Shown: piece after piece, positions 57,179 through 64,000 of the stretch
Layout: every line of letters starts with the position of its first letter
Position numbering within the stretch: position 1 is the stretch's first letter
NCBI GenBank assembly: GCA_044892525.1
Contig: CM097886.1
Location: 82,026,001 to 82,090,000 of the forward strand
Origin: Schmidtea polychroa
Taxonomy: Eukaryota
Length of the DNA: 64,000 bases
Direction of reading: 5' to 3'
The notes under the pieces: model-generated
What the model saw: only the letters and a program-made list of their open reading frames with translations
Told to the model about the DNA's origin: nothing
Database searches by the model: none
Program-made: the position numbers and the translations under genes

Positions 57179-58052
57179 TCATATGTCGTCAATAATCAGG
57201 GGAAATACATCAATGACTTTAAAATGTGTTTCTAAAGTATTATTTTCTTCTTTGAGCAAAAATCCACATTGATTTTTAGGATTAATTAATTTTAGAACTT
57301 TTTCAAACTTTTCGAATTCAACCAAAGAGCGTTCTCTACTGATTCTACGAAGTTGAAAGGGTGTTCCGAATCCATGAATTCGGCAATTAAAATTTTGAAT
57401 AAAATTAGAAATAATAGTCTCTGATACTGGCCATAGTTCAGCTTTACCATTATGACCCGAATCTAACCAATATATATCACGAATATTGGTAAACCATTTA
57501 AAGACTTTAAGATCTTGAACTTGAGATAAATCATAAAGCAATTGGGTTAAAACTGCACAACCTTTACTAAAACCAATCAAATGAAGGGGTAAATCAATTT
57601 TGGGGGAAACGGTAAATGATTGATCTTCTAATAGCATTTTTACGCATGAACTAATCAGACTTTGGAGATGATTTGCAGCACCTTTTAGTGGATCGAATCT
57701 ATATATTGGATGGCCTTCTTCAATCATATCAACAAAGTTATTAAATATTGCAAATGTAGAATGTTTATAAATATCTGGTCGAATTGCATAGACATGAACT
57801 GAACAATTGTTTTTCTTATATCTTTCATATAATTTACTAGCAGTTGATTCAAGACTAAAAGTATTATACATTTTCATGTTCTCATTTAGATCCTACTTAA
57901 TTTAATATTAAACTTACTATAATAAATAATTCTACTTGGATATCACCGCCAATATAAATTACATTAAGATTAGAATTTTCTTTTCCTCCAACAAAAACTA
58001 TATCATTGCATCCTTTGAACCCATAAACATTTTTTAAAATCTTAATTTTCAT
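57179..58052 (-). CDS. C2orf69: UPF0565 / C2orf69-like protein, 2 exons, ~276 aa
   Basis: Exon 1 58052-57936 (..ND..VIYIGGDIQ), 43-nt GT-AG intron, exon 2 57892-57179 (FSLE, IRP, LIGFSKGCAVLTQL, WLDSGHNG..W, GTPFQ, HF). Confidence 0.85.
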
Positions 58053-59380
58053 TTAAAACTTAGAAAGAACAAATTTACATGATAAATATTTAAACAAGAT
58101 AAAAATCTTTAACCTAAATTTTCGCGCATATTCAAAAGAATATTGAAGTAGGTATAAATAAATTATTATTTACTCTAGTCTTTTTAATATTATAGTTAAT
58201 AAAGAATTAAATAGTTTTTAATATTTTAATAAAGCATAGGTTGGTGTTTGAATAGTTTATGGCTTAGATTTAAATTAATGAAGCTGGTGCTCATTTAAGT
58301 GTTAATATCCCATGTAAAGGTGAGCTCTATTACTAAGACTGATAAATCTAGATTCTATTAGTTATTAATACTTCTGTTGGTGTTTACGGGGAAGATAAAA
58401 CAAAATATCTTGTTACAAGGATGTGTGTACATGGTGTTCAAAGATTTTGTAAACCGCCATATAATTATTTCAACACGGCCCGTACCCATGGTTACGGACA
58501 TGTTGGAGATGTACAAAGCTGTCGAGAGCTAAAGGACAAGTTAGCTTCTGCATTAAAACTATTCCCCCTTAGGCTCTCTAAACGGGTTGAAGACTACATA
58601 TATCATTTTGCCAGAATCGCAGTGCGTGTCGCTATCACAGGAGTCAGTGCAGCCCATGGCTTATAACTATTTTTAAATATAAACAGAACGCCAAACAAAA
58701 CAAGTAACAAATTTTGATATTGTTGGCAATCAAAATAAAACAACAAGAATTAAAAACATTTAAATTTTTGAATTATCAGTTGAGTTATCAGTTGAGTGTT
58801 TTTTGTTCTTTTTTTTCTCTCTTTCTGCATCGGCCAACAACTGATCTAGGTTGAACAAGTTGTTCGAACCTAGTTGTCATGAGAAATCTATACCCTAGGC
58901 CTGCAAATCCAATTCAGGCAGATTAACCTCCACTTTGTTCTCTTAATGGCATTCCTCTCCGAACGAAATATTTGTTTTCGTTTGGGGCTAGGCGGCACTA
59001 TCTTGGCTAAAGGTCTTGTGGTGCAGAGATCCACCACGATTGATTTGAGGACCGAGCTCGAAGTTGTGGGTACTGAGGTTGGCGAGACTGAATCAAATAT
59101 AGAACACCCTACCACGCTGAAGATCGAGCTGCCACTGTGCCTTTTGCCTGATGATTGGGAAATAAAAGATTGACTTTAACTGCGGAGGAGAGGTTGTGAA
59201 TCCGCGCTTCGAGCTTGTGTTTGGTGTATACCTAATACAGAGCCTGTAATTTCTTCTGTATCAGTGTGCTGAGCCCGACTTTCCTCGATGAGGTTTCCCC
59301 GTCAATGATCAAGTCAGAATACTTTCTGAGTGGTCTGCTTCATTTGACCTGGAGTAAACTTTCTTCCATCAAGTCTGTCT

Positions 59381-60203
59381 ATTTTAGCGCGAAAAAGGCA
59401 AGTTTTTAGTAGCAAAAAATATTGCAAAATATGGCAAGCCGTTTTCAGAAGGAGACTTTTTAAAGAAATGTATGTTAGATGTATGTAAAGTGTTGTGTCC
59501 CAAAATTAAATATAAATTAGAAAGTCTAGGTCTCTCTGATCACACTGTTGCCTGTAAAATAAATGAAATAAATAATAGTTTGAATAAACAATTATCGGTT
59601 AAAATAAAATCGTCATATTTTTTTGCAATCGCATTAGATAAGAGCTGTGACATTATGGATACATCTCAACTTTTAATTTTTGTTGTTGTAATAACAATGG
59701 GGTTTTGAAATTATAGAAGAACTTGTATCAATGATACCTATGAAAGAAACTACAACTGGAGAAGATCTATTCCAATAAGTTGAACAATGCATCATAAAAT
59801 ATAATATAGAATGAAATAATTTATTTAATAAAAAAATTCCAAATAATACTAAACTCGAAAGGAAAATGTTGATACTATACTATATATGCGAGCAAACATT
59901 TTCCATGGTGAACAGTAATAAATCCCTTGTACGGTCCAGATTAACTGACGAGAATTTAGAAGCGGTAATGAGAGTGGTAACGACATGTATGGAACCAGAA
60001 TTGGAAAATATAAAACAACATTCTCTTGTCCAAATTTTTAATTTATAAGATTATTACATTTTTTGTATACCTTTATATCTATATAGCAATATTTATTAAA
60101 TTACAATGTGTGTTGTTATTTCATATTTTCATTCAACATTTTGCCAGCGAGGTGTTCATTAATAAAAATATAGTCCTCCTTTGAAAAAGTTTGGACATGC
60201 CTG
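59381..60203 (+). pseudogene. Degenerate hAT (Charlie/GTF2IRD2-like) transposase remnant with right end
   Basis: KPFSEGDFLKKCM, FAIALDKSCDIMDTSQLLIFV, CEQTFS..NKSLVRSRLTDENL with stops and deletions; terminal TTTGGACATGCCTG. Confidence 0.85.
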
Positions 60204-62134
60204 CGTTAGACTAACATTTTAGTAACTTCTTGAAAGTGTTTTTTGAAACCTATAGGTTTATGAATATGTAGAAAATGAAAACTTTAAACTAAGTTTTGTT
60301 TTTCTACATTTTCATATAACTGAAGGTTGCAAAGTAATTTTTCAAAAAATCACTAGTAAAGAGTTTTGGTTGTTTTCATAATAACCAATAAAATTGATAA
60401 ATATTTTTGAAAAATTCTTTTTACAGGGTTGCAGTATATTTTGAATTTTAAAATAATAAATTTCCAAAATAACATTTTAAATTATTTGAAATAAACAAAC
60501 AAATTTTTATCACGGATATTTTCTTTTGCAAAACCATAAAAATCTTAAATCAAAATTCAGTCAATTCATAATTGAATACAAACATGAAATGTCAGAATTT
60601 TCTGCTATTCACAATTTATTAAAATTTAAATGATAAAGGACATTAAATTATTTGATTCTAAATAAAATTTAGGAATATCAGTTCTCCTAGACATCTTTTT
60701 ATCGTAATATAAAAAATTATATTTAAATATTTTTTTAAATATTTTATATGAAAAAAATGTTTTAATTACAGTAGTTGTTCTCTTTCTGTGATAAATGGGG
60801 TTCTAAAAAAGTCATTAAAAGCAAATTTCACAATCATCGAACAAATTAGAGATTAGAATTTTTTAATATACAAGTATATTTTTGTTATATATATTTTTTA
60901 TACATGGATTTATATCAAAGAAGCAATAAAAATTTCAAAAATCCAAGTATCATTCAAACAAATATTTTTAATCATTATACTAATAAAAATGTAAAAATTG
61001 AAACAAAAATTTTCTTTTTTCGGCAATCTATTAATAATTATGATTCCGGATATAACCGAAGTAATTTTTTTAAAAATGCTAAAGTAAAAACAATTATAAT
61101 AAAAAGTCTTTACTTTCGTTTTGATAACATTTAGTAAAAGTAAATATTTATAATATATACATTGTATATGTCAATTCGTAATTTGGTTTTAGTTGCAAAA
61201 TAATTTTATAACGCGTAAGAGAGATTTTTATATGACTTTTTTCTATAAATCTGGAATTGTAAGTTCCATTTTTATTTCTGAATTTATAGGTTCTTATGTA
61301 ACTTTTTCTTAATTTCGAACTTAAGGTGGAAATGTGAATTTAGAAGTTCAGATACATTTACAAATAATTCTTCAAAGATTAGATTTCATGGTTATGTAGA
61401 TTTATGGTGATTGTTATTTAATATATCCCAAACGGTAAATCATGTTTATACACAAAGCATGGCAAATATGACTTCTAGGTGCGGACACTAAGCTCTATAA
61501 CTACGAATTGCTGAAATACCAAGAAATACGAATCCCTTTCTCAAGATGAAGTTAAAAAACATTTTATGTTGTTTTAATTAGCTTTATTTTTTCCAACTTA
61601 AACATATTTTTTAAAGTTAAATTATTAAAAAACATTTTTTTCATGAATTTCTCGACTCACAGAATAAAATAGTATAGTAAAAATGTTGTAGTGATAATCA
61701 TGAAATAAAGAACGATTCTGTAACATCAATTTTAGTGGTAACAAATTAAATAATATAGTAATGATTCAGTAGCAGTAGTGATATATTAGTAACTCCAGTA
61801 AAACAATCTTGAAATAGAAATAATTTAGTGTTGATAATATAGAAACAAGGAACAATCTGATAACATCCAGTTACAATAATGTGAATATAGAGAGAAATTA
61901 CATTCAATAGTTGTAATTTTTTAATCCGTAACGACGACATCAATTTAAACATTAATCAACAACGATTACTAAACTTGAAGTTCGTAGGATAGTTCAGGCA
62001 CGAAACCGACATGGGTCACTCAAACCACAATTCTATCATTAGGTGTATAAGCCATACAAACTACTAAAGGTGTCTAGACTAAGGAAATATAAAATACGCC
62101 ATATGAAAGGTACTAGTAAGACATTGATCTAGAG

Positions 62135-62300
62135 CAGGGATCTCAAACACGTGGACCGCAGCGTTGTATTTTGCGGCCCTCAATGAACGTATGTCTGTGA
62201 ACAATTTTTCTCTTCCATGAAGATTATCAAATTGCAATTAAGATCAAGGCTTACTGATGAGAATTTGTAAGCATTTCTGAGACTGATTTCATCGCTGGAC
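62135..62300 (+). mobile_element. hAT remnant (left end plus RLTDENL fragment)
   Basis: CAGGGATCTCAAAC after TCTAGAG, GCGGCCC subterminal motif, degenerate RLTDENL coding. Confidence 0.55.
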
Positions 62301-63115
62301 ATTAAAACTTGTCAGCGGATGAAAATGTTAAACTTTTCTTTTATAATACAATAAATACATGTTCTTTTCATTTTTATAAATAACTTCAACCAAAGTTTTA
62401 ACATTATTACAAAGAATGAGTAGGTTTATCTATTGTAAACTACCCTCCCGATCACCTTAGCAAAAGATATTCCTAATAACGTTTCTTTAAATTTTCGAAT
62501 TTATTTACAATTTCCACTAATTTTTTTCGCTTTATATACCTCACGTTACCAACAATTATTTCAGTTTCCCATGTCAAGTCAACATTAATCCTTCGATTTC
62601 TTTATTAGATAATTTTAATTTCCCATACCAAATCAAACATTAATTCACTTATCAAATTCAAACAAATCTTTATATTTTAAATTCAATCTTAACAAACGAA
62701 AATCTTATTTATTACATTTGAATTTTTTTTAATACAAAATGAAAATTTTATTATTTTACTATTAAATCAGAAAGTAATTAAAACATTTTACTTCATTATT
62801 TATAAAAAATTTTCAAGTGTTTAAACTTTTTTTTTACAGACAATTTCTTGCAATAATAAATAATTGAAAAATAACTTTTATAAATAAAATTAAAATGGTT
62901 AAAAGAAATCTTTATAAAAACGTAATCTGACAATAAAAATTCTTAAAGTTCTTTATCTGTAATTATTATTATCATAATTTTAATAAATACAACGCAAGCA
63001 TCGGTCACGTTAAAAAAGTTAATATGTGCCGGTGCATTTTAAATGCCAAACACGTTTTTGGTTGTGCGTCTTTTATAAAATATTGATTATTTTTAACCAA
63101 TCATGGTAACTAAAA

Positions 63116-63257
63116 NNNNNNNNNNNNNNNNNNNNNNNNNNNNNNNNNNNNNNNNNNNNNNNNNNNNNNNNNNNNNNNNNNNNNNNNNNNNNNNNNNNNN
63201 NNNNNNNNNNNNNNNNNNNNNNNNNNNNNNNNNNNNNNNNNNNNNNNNNNNNNNNNN
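63116..63257. other. Assembly gap (142 N)
   Basis: Run of N. Confidence 1.
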
Positions 63258-63821
63258 CATATTGGTCTCTTTTTTGTAGAAACTAAAAAACAAATTTTAG
63301 TTGAATTAAAGGTTTATAAAATTAATTTGAAAATAAGCTACTAAGCTATTAAATTTATAATAATTTTCAGAAAAATGGATTTTATTGTGTTAAATATTTT
63401 CAAATATAAATATTTTTTTAAAAATAAATTTGATTATTGAATAATTTTTCACAGTATAAATAAATATATAAAAGAAAAATTTATTTTACATATTTGATTA
63501 ATAATACAATTTTTTATTATCTATGGGCAAAATGTTGATTGAAAAAAAAATCTATTTGAAAATAAAAAATATAATAAATATATTAGCAAAATCATTTAAT
63601 TTTTTTCTCACTTTTGATGATTTTTATTTTCTAATTTTTTTTTCTTTTATTATGACTATGTAACACAATAAAAATTATAAAGTTTAAATAACAACGCCAG
63701 TAATCTAGAAATCTTTTTTATATAACCCTAACCCTAATAGGTCGCGTTCATAGTCTTTTTAACCGTTTGCGAACGGAATTCGTATCGTATAAGCCATTTA
63801 AGGCCAGTACTGCTGGCCTAC

Positions 63822-63940
63822 CGTCCGCAAACGGTTAAAACTCAATAATGCGTTTGGTTTGATACATATGTATAAAAAAATGAAAAACATTTTATGTGCC
63901 AATGAAAATCTGTCCGCGTGCCATAAATTTGTCATACCTG
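63822..63940 (-). mobile_element. Possible hAT terminal fragment
   Basis: Minus strand CAGGTATGACAAAT..GGCACGCGG resembles Charlie-type ends; no partner end found. Confidence 0.35.
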
Positions 63941-64000
63941 ATTTAAAGAAAAATGAAATTGTAGATAATAAATATATACGAAACTCATACAAATATATTT

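Noticed and set aside
58421-59340. GC-richer patch with short ORFs
   Set aside because: Probably a decayed retroelement fragment, but no diagnostic motif was recognised.

Overview
AT-rich animal genomic DNA with compact (~40-55 nt) introns and two short N gaps. It is dominated by one young giant Ty3/gypsy-type LTR retroelement on the minus strand (16597-47170, 30,574 bp). The element has ~4.2-kb near-identical LTRs with TGTTGG...CCAACA ends, a 4-bp GTTT target-site duplication and a tRNA-Pro-type PBS. It encodes one uninterrupted 4,808-codon ORF in an unusual order: Gag (3 CCHC knuckles), three ubiquitin-like domains, a Bcl-2-like domain, a signal peptide plus complete chuvirus-like class III glycoprotein, then PR, RT, RNase H, IN, two ankyrin blocks and a second type-I membrane protein. 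Seven separate accessory ORFs surround it: an IAP-type RING 5' of gag, a TRAF homologue with a 1-nt frameshift, three coiled-coil ORFs, a small membrane protein, and an ORF inside the LTR. Almost every accessory ATG is directly preceded by a 3' splice-acceptor-like YAG. The LTR has a TATA/Inr/short exon/strong donor arrangement, and a Pumilio-like TGTAWATA motif follows several stops. Together this suggests a complex, possibly enveloped retroelement carrying an apoptosis/TNF-signalling toolkit. Size and cargo recall the planarian Burro elements (from memory, not searched), so host identity and degree of novelty need a database check. The flanks carry host genes EMC2, DAXX and a C2orf69 homologue plus several small DNA-transposon derivatives. 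All domain calls are by eye.
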